DNA of 64,000 nt, from positions 2,413 through 66,412 of the forward strand of contig JAYODK010000001.1 of NCBI GenBank assembly GCA_038106225.1, given 5' to 3'. The notes beneath the pieces are model-generated. The model was not told the origin of the DNA. It did no database searches and saw nothing but the letters and a program-made list of their open reading frames with translations. The position numbers and the translations under genes were made by a program. This document shows positions 20,027 to 28,392 of the stretch, piece after piece (the first letter of the stretch is position 1; each line of letters starts with the position of its first letter). The stretch comes from Opitutales bacterium (lineage in GTDB: Bacteria; Verrucomicrobiota; Verrucomicrobiia; Opitutales; Seribacteraceae).

Positions 20027-20074
20027 AGATGGCACAACTATTCTTTACCCTACTTTACCCCTACTAATATAATT

Positions 20075-21358
20075 ATGTCTGACAAAGCTACTCTAACAGT
20101 CGGTGATGCCACCTACGAATTAAATGTTCTCTCAGGTACAGAAAACGAAAAAGCCTTAGATGTCAGACAACTTAGAAAGGAAAGCGGTATAATCACCTAC
20201 GATGATGGTTATGGTAATACTGGTTCCTGCGAGAGTTCTGTTACCTTTATAGACGGAGATAAAGGTATTTTGAGGTACCGAGGTTATGACATTGCTGAAT
20301 TAGCAGAGAAGGCAACTTTTCTCGAGGTTTGTTTGCTCTTACTCAATGGAGAACTTCCTTCTCCTGATCAACTGGCACAATTTGAAGATAAAGTTTTAAG
20401 CTTTCAAAATCTTCCTTCTGAAGTGTTACAGGCAGTTGAATCAATGCCTGCCAATATTCATCCGATGGGCTCGTTGGCATCTGGTTTACAAATACTGGGA
20501 GGCGTTTTTGCCAATCTATGCACCAATGATCGTCAAAAGGATTTGGAAAATTTCGACGATGCGGCAGCCCTTATCATTGGAGCTTTACCAGCCCTAGCTG
20601 CTGCAAGTCATCGAGTAAAAAATGGCGAGAAATTTCGTTCAGCCGAGAATGCTTCAAATTATTGCGAAAACTTTCTATCTATGATGTTTGCCCAAGATGA
20701 AATTTCGTCTATTAATCCATCATTAAGCAAGGCACTCGATTTGATCTTTCTCTTGCATGCTGATCATGAGCAAAACTGTTCTACCTCTACCTGCAGAATG
20801 ATTGCCTCTGGCGGAGCTAATCCATTTGCGTCTCTTGCTGGTGCAGTTTCAGCTTTATGGGGGCCACTTCATGGTGGTGCCAATATGGCAGTTATAAATA
20901 TGCTTAACAATATCCATGATTCTGGTGATGATGGAAGTAATTTTATCCAGTCTGCGAAAGAGGGAAAATCTCGCTTAATGGGTTTTGGGCATCGTGTTTA
21001 TAGAAATTACGATCCGCGTGCTAAAATACTAAAGGCAGCATGTGATCAGGCACTTGATGCTTTAGGGGTATCTAGCCCCATCTTGGATATTGCCAGAAGA
21101 TTGGAAGAGGTAGCTTTACAGGATCCTTATTTTATTGACCGAAAACTATATCCTAATGTTGATTTTTACAGCGGTATCATCTTACAAGCCCTTGGCTTTC
21201 CTACAAATACCTTTACGGTTTTATTTGCTATTGGCCGATCACCGGGTTGGTTGGCACATTGGAAAGAAATAGCCCAAACGGGTAAACGAATTCACCGACC
21301 CAGACAAATTTACCAAGGCTCGAATCTTAGGCATTACAGCCCATTGACGGATCGTTAA
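20075..21358 (+). CDS. gltA: Citrate synthase
   Basis: 427 aa. Contains LLHADHEQNCSTST and GFGHRVYRNYDPR. Confidence 0.96.
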   Translation: MSDKATLTVGDATYELNVLSGTENEKALDVRQLRKESGIITYDDGYGNTGSCESSVTFIDGDKGILRYRGYDIAELAEKATFLEVCLLLLNGELPSPDQLAQFEDKVLSFQNLPSEVLQAVESMPANIHPMGSLASGLQILGGVFANLCTNDRQKDLENFDDAAALIIGALPALAAASHRVKNGEKFRSAENASNYCENFLSMMFAQDEISSINPSLSKALDLIFLLHADHEQNCSTSTCRMIASGGANPFASLAGAVSALWGPLHGGANMAVINMLNNIHDSGDDGSNFIQSAKEGKSRLMGFGHRVYRNYDPRAKILKAACDQALDALGVSSPILDIARRLEEVALQDPYFIDRKLYPNVDFYSGIILQALGFPTNTFTVLFAIGRSPGWLAHWKEIAQTGKRIHRPRQIYQGSNLRHYSPLTDR

Positions 21359-22122
21359 GAAGATTTTTGCTTTATTAAATCCTCAAAATCTAAACCGGTA
21401 AAATCTTTAATTCCTCGGATTAATAGCCATATAGAATAGCCACTAACGACCATACATGGCAGGCTTATTACTGGAAAGCTCCATGCCATCATGATGCCAA
21501 CTTCATCGTTAAATGCATTTTTATCAACCGAAGGCTCAGTGACTACAATAAAACGGGCAAGAAAGTAGTTTAAGATAGCACTGAATAAAAAAGTCCCTGC
21601 CAATAACCAAGTACACTTTTTAAGCAATCGATGAAATTGATCAGTTGTACCATTTTCTCCTAAACGGTACTCGATTTTATTAACCTGAAAGATGTCAGGA
21701 TTAAACAAAAACATTTTAACTAAAGGATGTTTTGTATTCAATGTTACAATGGTCAGAAAGCCAAGGAGTGCAGGTAAACCAGCCTCTTTAATCGCAAACA
21801 TCGATACTGTTCCGCCAGGTGCTAGTCCGATGCCACCAGTAAGAAGAGCACTCACGGCACCAAGAATACTTAGAAAGTTCCACTTTTTTCTCTTTGCTAA
21901 GTCGTAACTTCCGTAAGCTAGCGGAAAAAACAAAGCAACACACAGGAGAATGGATGAAACAAAAGTCGAATCCACATCAACATTGGCCCAACTTGAAATA
22001 GTATTTCCGAACCAATCATCACCCTTACGGAGAATTAGAACAGGTAGTAATAAGTTAAAACCGAAATTAACCCAAAGGTTCTCTTTGGATTCAATTTTCG
22101 GTAATTGAGTGCTTTCATTCAT
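21355..22122 (-). CDS. Multi-pass inner-membrane protein of unknown function
   Basis: 255 aa with about 6 hydrophobic segments and good coding appearance. It converges on gltA with a 4-nt overlap. The family (YciB/VC0807-like?) cannot be confirmed by eye. Confidence 0.7.
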   Translation of the reverse strand: MNESTQLPKIESKENLWVNFGFNLLLPVLILRKGDDWFGNTISSWANVDVDSTFVSSILLCVALFFPLAYGSYDLAKRKKWNFLSILGAVSALLTGGIGLAPGGTVSMFAIKEAGLPALLGFLTIVTLNTKHPLVKMFLFNPDIFQVNKIEYRLGENGTTDQFHRLLKKCTWLLAGTFLFSAILNYFLARFIVVTEPSVDKNAFNDEVGIMMAWSFPVISLPCMVVSGYSIWLLIRGIKDFTGLDFEDLIKQKSS

Positions 22123-22153
22123 CTATTAATTATGGAATCATGTAGAGCTTACC

Positions 22154-22834
22154 TTGTCGCCATCAATTTTGAAAAAAAAGCCGAAAATCAATTGTTTAAT
22201 CTCAGCAGGACCTACCCGTGAGTGGATAGATCCGGTCAGGTTTCTTTCCAACCCTTCATCTGGTAAGATGGGATATGCATTGGCTAAGGCCGCAAAGGAC
22301 CTGCAAATGAATGTGGTTCTGGTTAGTGGTCCGGTTAATTTAAAATGTCCCCGAGGAGTTAAGTTCATTAATGTGGAAACAGCACAGGAGATGCAAAATG
22401 CCATGGATGCTGAGTATGAGTTTGCTCATTTGATTATAATGTGTGCCGCGGTATCAGATCATCGTCCTTCCGCTACTTATGATAAAAAAATACACAAGGA
22501 TGATTTTCCAATGAGAATCAACTTGGTTAAGAATCCTGATATTTTAAAATCACTTGGATTAAAGAAAAAAAATAATCAGGTTTTGGTTGGTTTTGCCGCA
22601 GAAACAAATGATATTATAGCTTCAGCTTCAAAGAAGCTAAATGAAAAGAATCTAGACTGGATTGTTGTAAATGATGTATCTAGCGATGAAATTGGTTTTT
22701 CATCGGATAAAAATGAAGTTATTTTGTTATCTGCTAATGGTATAGAGAAACAAATTACCATTAACGAAAAGATTTACATTGCAAAAGAAATTATAAAATC
22801 AATTTATCCATCATGCCTAGAAAAAGCCCTCTAG
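22154..22834 (+). CDS. coaB: Phosphopantothenate-cysteine ligase (stand-alone CoaB domain)
   Basis: 226 aa. ISAGPTREWIDPVRFLSNPSSGKMGYALA, CAAVSD and GFAAET match the CoaB half of bacterial CoaBC. No CoaC flavoprotein domain lies upstream. The TTG start is uncertain. Confidence 0.85.
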   Translation: MSPSILKKKPKINCLISAGPTREWIDPVRFLSNPSSGKMGYALAKAAKDLQMNVVLVSGPVNLKCPRGVKFINVETAQEMQNAMDAEYEFAHLIIMCAAVSDHRPSATYDKKIHKDDFPMRINLVKNPDILKSLGLKKKNNQVLVGFAAETNDIIASASKKLNEKNLDWIVVNDVSSDEIGFSSDKNEVILLSANGIEKQITINEKIYIAKEIIKSIYPSCLEKAL

Positions 22835-24000
22835 ATAAAGTCCTAGGAAAATTAGAGGACTTAGACGAGGTAAACCTTAGTAACTTGGTTCAACGACTTG
22901 CTCGAGAACGCAAGCTCTTGGAGACTGTTTTTGATGTGATTAGAGACGGGATCCTGGTGATAGATGGTAATGGTATTATTACCTATTCGAATCAACAAGG
23001 CAGAAGGTTGATAGGCTTAAAGTCTGATCTTAGCGAAAAGATATCATTGCTTCGAGCGGCTCCCGACTTAGCAAAATCTCTTGGACTCCATCGTTTCTCA
23101 GCAATTGTTCGACCCGAAGTTATTGTTCGCGAAATCCTAATAAATTATCCAGAGAAGAGATATTTAAGAGTTTACGCAGTTCCAATCGAAGGAACATTAA
23201 GTGATAAAGTCTCACAAAAAGATGCTGGAACCACTGTTGTTCTAACTGATGTAACGGAAGAAAAATTAAATGTGGAAGAGCAGATAGAAAATGAAAAAAT
23301 CACCAGTATTATGGATCTTGCAGCTGGGGTTGCACACGAACTCGGAAATCCGCTAAACTCAATTAATATTCATCTACAGGTTCTTCAAAGAACATTATCT
23401 AAATTAAATTTTGAAGATAAACCCAAAGAAAAAGTTAAACAATCGCTTCAATCTTGTATTAAAGAAGTCAGTAGACTTGATTCAATTATCGTTCATTTTC
23501 TTAAAGCTATTCGACCGAGTATCCCTGACTTCAAGGAATTAAATTTATTACCTATAATAGAGGAAGTGTTACATCTTAAAGAGAAAGAACTAAGTAGTAA
23601 AAAAATTAATGTTCAATTAGAAACTCAGAGTAAAGATCCTTTAATTAATGGGGATATGGAACAAATTAAACAAGTATTCTTTAATGTTATAGGAAATGCT
23701 ATGGATGCAATCTCCGATCTGTCGGAAATTCGCATTATTATATCGTGGGAAAATGATTACATTGCCGTGCAAATAGTGGATCATGGAATAGGTATAAAAA
23801 AAGAAAATGTATCTAAAGTTTTTGAACCATATTTTACTACAAAGAGAAAAGGAAATGGTATTGGAATGATGATCGTTCATCGAATAATGAGAAATCATGG
23901 AGGAGAAGTGGGTATTGATAGTAAATATGGCTCTGGAACAATTGTAACATTGAAATTCCCCCGAAAAGGTGAGAGGCATCGGTATCTCGAGCAAAAATAA
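22813..24000 (+). CDS. Soluble PAS-domain sensor histidine kinase (NtrB/AtoS-like)
   Basis: 395 aa with no TM segment. PAS-like region DVIRDGILVIDGNGIITYSN. H-box AAGVAHELGNPLNSI. ATPase boxes NVIGNAMDA, DHGIGI and GNGIGMMIV. Confidence 0.9.
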   Translation: MPRKSPLDKVLGKLEDLDEVNLSNLVQRLARERKLLETVFDVIRDGILVIDGNGIITYSNQQGRRLIGLKSDLSEKISLLRAAPDLAKSLGLHRFSAIVRPEVIVREILINYPEKRYLRVYAVPIEGTLSDKVSQKDAGTTVVLTDVTEEKLNVEEQIENEKITSIMDLAAGVAHELGNPLNSINIHLQVLQRTLSKLNFEDKPKEKVKQSLQSCIKEVSRLDSIIVHFLKAIRPSIPDFKELNLLPIIEEVLHLKEKELSSKKINVQLETQSKDPLINGDMEQIKQVFFNVIGNAMDAISDLSEIRIIISWENDYIAVQIVDHGIGIKKENVSKVFEPYFTTKRKGNGIGMMIVHRIMRNHGGEVGIDSKYGSGTIVTLKFPRKGERHRYLEQK

Positions 24001-24009
24001 TCAATACTC

Positions 24010-25371
24010 ATGAAGGCAAATCTCTTAATTGTTGATGACGAGAAACATACCCGTGATGGATTAGAACTTGCATTAGAGGATGACTTTGAAATCTTCTGTG
24101 CGAGTAGTGCTCAAGAAGCCGAAACAGCTTTAGACCAAGAAGAGTTTCAGGTTGTTCTCACAGACTTACGAATGCCAGGAGAATCTGGAATGAATGTGAT
24201 TGATCTCGCTATTAGGCACCCGAGCAAACCTCTCTGTATAATGATGACAGCGTATGGTGAGGTTGGTGTGGCTGTTGAAGCAATGAAGCGGGGTGCTTTT
24301 GATTTTTTGCCAAAGCCAGTTAACCTGGAACAGCTCGAACTTTTAATCAAAAGAGGATTAAAAGAACGAAGTTTGGAACAGGAAAACCGCTATCTTCATC
24401 AAAGATTGGACAAGAAATTCAACTTTGACGGGATTATGGGAAAATCAACTGCACTAGAAAATGTTGTAGAAAAAGTTCGGTTAGTAGGCCCCTCAAAAGC
24501 CACGGTTTTACTAACCGGAGAAACTGGTACGGGAAAGGAGCTATTCGCACAGTCCATTCATCAAAACAGCGACCGTTCAAGGTCCGTGTTTGTTCCCGTG
24601 CATTGTGCTGCACTACCTGCAAATTTACTGGAAAGCGAATTGTTTGGTCATGAAAAAGGTGCTTTTACCGGAGCAATGGAGCGACGTATTGGGAGATTTG
24701 AGTCAGCCAATGGAGGAACCCTGTTTTTAGATGAAATTGGTGAAATAGATTTATCAACGCAGGTAAAGCTGCTTCGTTTTTTAGAATCTAAAACTATTGA
24801 GCGATTGGGCAGTTCGAAGACTATTGAACTTGATGTTCGTTTGGTTTGTGCCACAAACCGCAATCTTTTAACAATGGTTCGCAATGGCGACTTCAGAGAA
24901 GATCTTTATTATCGATTAAATGTAATTACTATAGAATTGCCCCCCCTTCGTGAACGGGAAAATGATCTTTCATTGTTATTAAATCATTTTCTAAATGAAT
25001 ACTCAGCTGAAAATGGATTTGATCTACCTAAATTAACTAATGATGCACTTAATATTCTACAAAATTATTCATGGCCCGGCAATATTCGTGAACTCCGAAA
25101 TTTTTGTGAGAACTTAGTGGTTTTAAAAAGAGGTCAAGAGATTACCCCTTATGATTTAGATCCAAGATTTACAGATTTAAAACCAGATATTCAATTGGCT
25201 AACCCTCAAATAAAGCCCAATCTTTCAGTAGAAGAGAATGAAAAAAGATTGCTACGAAATGCTCTTTTGGAAGCTCGGGGGAATAGAACTAAAGCAGCAG
25301 AGTTGATGGGTATCAGCCGTAGAACCTTACACAGAAAATTAGATCTTTGGCCAGAATTAGATACTAAATAA
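24010..25371 (+). CDS. Sigma54-dependent response regulator (NtrC family: REC-AAA+-HTH)
   Basis: 453 aa. Receiver region LIVDDE...VVLTDLRMPG. AAA+ Walker A GETGTGKE. Sigma54-contact loop EKGAFTGA. C-terminal HTH AAELMGISRRTLHRKL. Confidence 0.93.
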   Translation: MKANLLIVDDEKHTRDGLELALEDDFEIFCASSAQEAETALDQEEFQVVLTDLRMPGESGMNVIDLAIRHPSKPLCIMMTAYGEVGVAVEAMKRGAFDFLPKPVNLEQLELLIKRGLKERSLEQENRYLHQRLDKKFNFDGIMGKSTALENVVEKVRLVGPSKATVLLTGETGTGKELFAQSIHQNSDRSRSVFVPVHCAALPANLLESELFGHEKGAFTGAMERRIGRFESANGGTLFLDEIGEIDLSTQVKLLRFLESKTIERLGSSKTIELDVRLVCATNRNLLTMVRNGDFREDLYYRLNVITIELPPLRERENDLSLLLNHFLNEYSAENGFDLPKLTNDALNILQNYSWPGNIRELRNFCENLVVLKRGQEITPYDLDPRFTDLKPDIQLANPQIKPNLSVEENEKRLLRNALLEARGNRTKAAELMGISRRTLHRKLDLWPELDTK

Positions 25372-25383
25372 ATATTGGCAAAA

Positions 25384-25458
25384 TGGCTGCTCGGGCTGGA
25401 TTCGAACCAGCGACCAAGTGGTTAACAGCCACCTGCTCTGCCACTGAGCTACCGAGCA
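25384..25458 (-). tRNA. tRNA-Asn (anticodon GTT), CCA encoded
   Basis: The reverse complement folds as a cloverleaf. Acceptor TGCTCGG/CCGAGCA, D arm GCTC-AGTGGCA-GAGC, anticodon arm GGTGG-CTGTTAA-CCACT, T arm GCTGG-TTCGAAT-CCAGC, discriminator G, then CCA. 75 nt. Confidence 0.92.
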
Positions 25459-25548
25459 TCAAAGTTTTTAAAATACCAAGATCAATAGGGCTGTCAATGC
25501 AGACTCTTTTCTAAGCTCAATACGAAAAATTGATTGAGACGAAAATGG

Positions 25549-27750
25549 CTAGAAATCAAATTCCATCCCTAAGCTTGCCACTCGAGGGGCACCTGGTCGT
25601 AAGCCATCGGGCATATCACTTGAAGCATATTTTGTGTCAGCGAGATTGGTAACTTTCGCAAATATGGTTACACCAGGTTTTAGGTCGTAAAAGCCCGACC
25701 AATTCAATATGCCGTAATCATCGATTTTTGAGTTGTTTGCCGCATCAACATAGACTTCGTCCTGCCAATGATAACTGAGGTATGAACTCCAGTTATTCAG
25801 AACGATGCCCAGACTGGCACTATATTGGATTTCCGGAACATAAGGAATTTCATTACCTGGGGTTCCTCCAGTGTAACGATCTTCACTACTTGTACCAGTT
25901 GAAGTATCGAACTCAGCATTGGTAAATGTGGCTGAAAAGGAAAAAGGTAAAGATATTGAGCCCTCGGAGATCAAATCTGCTGAAAGCATAAACTCAATTC
26001 CGTCGATGGTGGCTTCGCCAATATTTCTGGCCTCGTCTCCCAGGCCGCTTGCAAGAGAGGGTACAGCAATCATGTCCTTGATCTTGGTGTTGAAATAAGC
26101 CAACTCGTAATTGATCGATGCTAGCGAACCTCTCGATCCGATTTCAAACCCGAGGGATTTTTCCTCTTCGAGATTATTGGTTGCCGCACTATATCCTGGC
26201 AAAGCATGGCCTTGATGAAAGCCGGCAAAGGCTAAATGCTCTCCAAAGTCGTAGGTTGCCCCTACCCCTACCAAAACATCGCTTACGGTTCTTTTCGCAC
26301 CATTGTATTCATATTCGACGGAAGTATAGCGAAGACCGGGACTCACGGTGAAGCGGTCCAGTAAAATTTCGTCTGTAAGATAAGTTTCCCACGCTTTGGA
26401 AACTCTATCCTTTTTCGAACCCATCGGCTTATAAGTTGACGAATCATAAGACAAAGAAGCGGAACTATCTCCTACATTTGATACATTGAAATCATCTTCG
26501 GTGTAATCCTTGTAGGTGTAGTGGTCTTTGGTATATCGTCCTCCAAATTCAAAGGTATGGTTCTCCCATTGCTTGGAGATCGATGCTTGAATGCCTGTAT
26601 TTTCGTAGTTTCTATCGTTGTGTTTGTAGCGAACTTGACCGCCACCGTCATAGGTTGCGGTATCGTTCATATCACCAGATCCACGAAGAAGATTGATGTG
26701 ATTAATGCTGTCGAAGGTTCCCTTCCCTATGGATTTCCAAGGGTCGAAGGAACCGTCCGTTTTTCTTACTCGAACTTTGCCGATCTTATACCAATCTCGA
26801 TCAAATTCGTTGTGAAAGACGGTTGCGTTAAAGGTCGTGCTTTCGTCGTGTTCCTTGAGGTAGCGAAGGTAGTAGCGGGTTTGTTCCGAGTCCATGTTGT
26901 CCAGCTTAGTGTTGTGGTAACGCTGGTGAGGATTGGCGGCGAAATCTTCAGGACTCAGTCCAATGTAACTGACATCGGCATCCAAATCAGTTCTGCCCAC
27001 CTTGAATTCGAGGTAGTCGCCTTCTCCAAATTTATATCCGAGCTTAAGGGTAATATCATTTTTGGCAACTGGGGCATCTCCCCCTCTTTTATTTCCCAGG
27101 GAATTAATGACTTTAAATCCGTCAGTCCGGTGGTCAAAAATTTCTATCAAGTAACCAAGCTTTCCGGAACCTAAATCAGCTTGACCTCCAGAAAAAGCAT
27201 GGGCAATTCTCTCATTGTATTCTCCATACGATACCCTTAAATGTGACTTCTGCTCACTAGGAATAGGAGTGGATATATAGTTAATGATCCCGCCGGTTGT
27301 ATTGGGACCGTATTTCATTTGACTAGATCCCTTAAGGATTTCAAAGCCAGACATTCTTCCTGCGGTGGGAGAATAATAAGCTGCAGGATCAGAGAATGGG
27401 GATGGCGAAGAAGGGATTCCATCCTCCAAGATGGTAACCTTGGCGGATCGAAGCGAATCAACACCGCGAAGACTGATATTAGGGAATAGTCCATACCCAT
27501 CTTCGCCTCGCAGATATACTCCTGGGACTTGCCGAAGGATTTCATTAACATCCGTATGAAAAAAAGGCTTTAGATCGGAAGCTCCTAAAACCGAGCCAGT
27601 TCCTTCAAGTTTCGGAACATCCTCCTTGCTGCCTATAACATTAAACGGAGATAAATAATCAGCACTACCCGCAATATCTTTCCCAAATGATAAAGTAGAA
27701 AGAGAGCATGCAAAATTGATCAGTATACAAAATTTTAGTACGAGTTTCAT
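25549..27750 (-). CDS. TonB-dependent outer-membrane receptor
   Basis: 733 aa. It has a signal peptide and plug motifs (EILRQVPGVYLRGEDG, ISLRGVD, ILKGSSQMKYGPNTTGGIINYI). The barrel is long and ends in an aromatic terminus, ...SLGMEFDF. Confidence 0.93.
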   Translation of the reverse strand: MKLVLKFCILINFACSLSTLSFGKDIAGSADYLSPFNVIGSKEDVPKLEGTGSVLGASDLKPFFHTDVNEILRQVPGVYLRGEDGYGLFPNISLRGVDSLRSAKVTILEDGIPSSPSPFSDPAAYYSPTAGRMSGFEILKGSSQMKYGPNTTGGIINYISTPIPSEQKSHLRVSYGEYNERIAHAFSGGQADLGSGKLGYLIEIFDHRTDGFKVINSLGNKRGGDAPVAKNDITLKLGYKFGEGDYLEFKVGRTDLDADVSYIGLSPEDFAANPHQRYHNTKLDNMDSEQTRYYLRYLKEHDESTTFNATVFHNEFDRDWYKIGKVRVRKTDGSFDPWKSIGKGTFDSINHINLLRGSGDMNDTATYDGGGQVRYKHNDRNYENTGIQASISKQWENHTFEFGGRYTKDHYTYKDYTEDDFNVSNVGDSSASLSYDSSTYKPMGSKKDRVSKAWETYLTDEILLDRFTVSPGLRYTSVEYEYNGAKRTVSDVLVGVGATYDFGEHLAFAGFHQGHALPGYSAATNNLEEEKSLGFEIGSRGSLASINYELAYFNTKIKDMIAVPSLASGLGDEARNIGEATIDGIEFMLSADLISEGSISLPFSFSATFTNAEFDTSTGTSSEDRYTGGTPGNEIPYVPEIQYSASLGIVLNNWSSYLSYHWQDEVYVDAANNSKIDDYGILNWSGFYDLKPGVTIFAKVTNLADTKYASSDMPDGLRPGAPRVASLGMEFDF

Positions 27751-27766
27751 TTGTGGATACGCAGCC

Positions 27767-27810
27767 TAATGAGACCGAGTCTCAATTGATACTGAGACTC
27801 AATCTCATTA
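27767..27810 (-). promoter_or_regulatory. Nested/double palindrome in the TonB-dependent receptor 5' region (candidate operator or leader hairpin)
   Basis: The sequence is TAATGAGA-CC-GAGTCTCA-ATTGATAC-TGAGACTC-AA-TCTCATTA. It contains TGAGAC-CGA-GTCTCA (perfect 6-3-6) and TGAGAC-TCAA-TCTCA. It lies 16 nt upstream of the ATG, with a minus-strand TTGACA at 27826-27821. Confidence 0.4.
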
Positions 27811-27903
27811 AGGGTATAGATGTCAACCACATTAATCAAAAATTTTATAGCTTTAAGAAGAAAGTTATGAAATTATATAAGATATTGTCGTGTCAGATAG
27901 GTA

Positions 27904-28155
27904 GTGAAGAAGAGAATACTTAGAGATCCTGGAACGGGAGAGATTGTAGGTGCAACAAGAGCACCATTCCTTAAAGCCAAACTAGAAGCTAAGTTCTCAG
28001 AGAAAAAGGTTCAAACTGATGAATCCATTCCTTCTGAAGATCTGAAGATTGGATCCAATAGCCAAAACAGTTATCTAGGAAAAATGTTGGGTTTAGTGGT
28101 CGCATTTATTCTGGGTATTATTGCAACTCAATTTTTTAAGTTATTTGTGGATTAA
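27904..28155 (+). CDS. Small hypothetical protein with C-terminal TM helix
   Basis: 83 aa with a GTG start. The C-terminus MLGLVVAFILGIIATQFFKLFV is hydrophobic. No recognisable family. Divergent from the receptor gene. Confidence 0.4.
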   Translation: MKKRILRDPGTGEIVGATRAPFLKAKLEAKFSEKKVQTDESIPSEDLKIGSNSQNSYLGKMLGLVVAFILGIIATQFFKLFVD

Positions 28156-28272
28156 CTAGATCTTTTCTTTCTCCCAGAATTACTCTTTTCATTTTGTCCT
28201 TAATAAAGGCATTCTGTATGGTCTATTGAGTTTGATCCCAATAATTTAAGAGTTTATTTATTTTGTTTTAAA

Positions 28273-28347
28273 GCTCCTGTAGTTCAATGGATAGAACATT
28301 GGTCTCCGGAACCGAAGATCTGGGTTCGACTCCCAGCGGGAGCGCCA
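28273..28347 (+). tRNA. tRNA-Arg (anticodon CCG), CCA encoded
   Basis: Cloverleaf fold. Acceptor GCTCCTG/CGGGAGC, D arm GTTC-AATGGATA-GAAC, anticodon arm TTGGT-CTCCGGA-ACCGA, T arm CTGGG-TTCGACT-CCCAG, discriminator G, then CCA. 75 nt. Confidence 0.92.
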
Positions 28348-28392
28348 TTTAATTTTCCATTTTAGCTAGTAGCTTTGTAATTATATTTAAAA

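Noticed and set aside
25376-25391. Sigma54-like -24/-12 element TGGCA-N6-CTGCT just after the NtrC-type regulator gene
   Set aside because: It overlaps the 3' end of the minus-strand tRNA-Asn and has no plus-strand gene downstream. It is most likely a chance match.
26521-27174. 217-aa plus-strand ORF
   Set aside because: It lies entirely antisense to the strongly supported TonB-dependent receptor gene. Its composition is low-complexity and Val/Phe-rich, typical of a shadow frame. No start context or recognisable motifs.
27751-27903. Possible cobalamin or other riboswitch upstream of the TonB-dependent receptor
   Set aside because: The spacer is only about 150 nt. It lacks a B12-box-like element and any multi-stem junction. 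The symmetric DNA palindrome explains the structure better.
25384-28347. tRNA-Asn and tRNA-Arg flanking the receptor gene as a possible integrated island
   Set aside because: I found no integrase, no transposase and no direct repeat of a tRNA 3' end in the interval. The content (one receptor and one tiny ORF) is not island-like.
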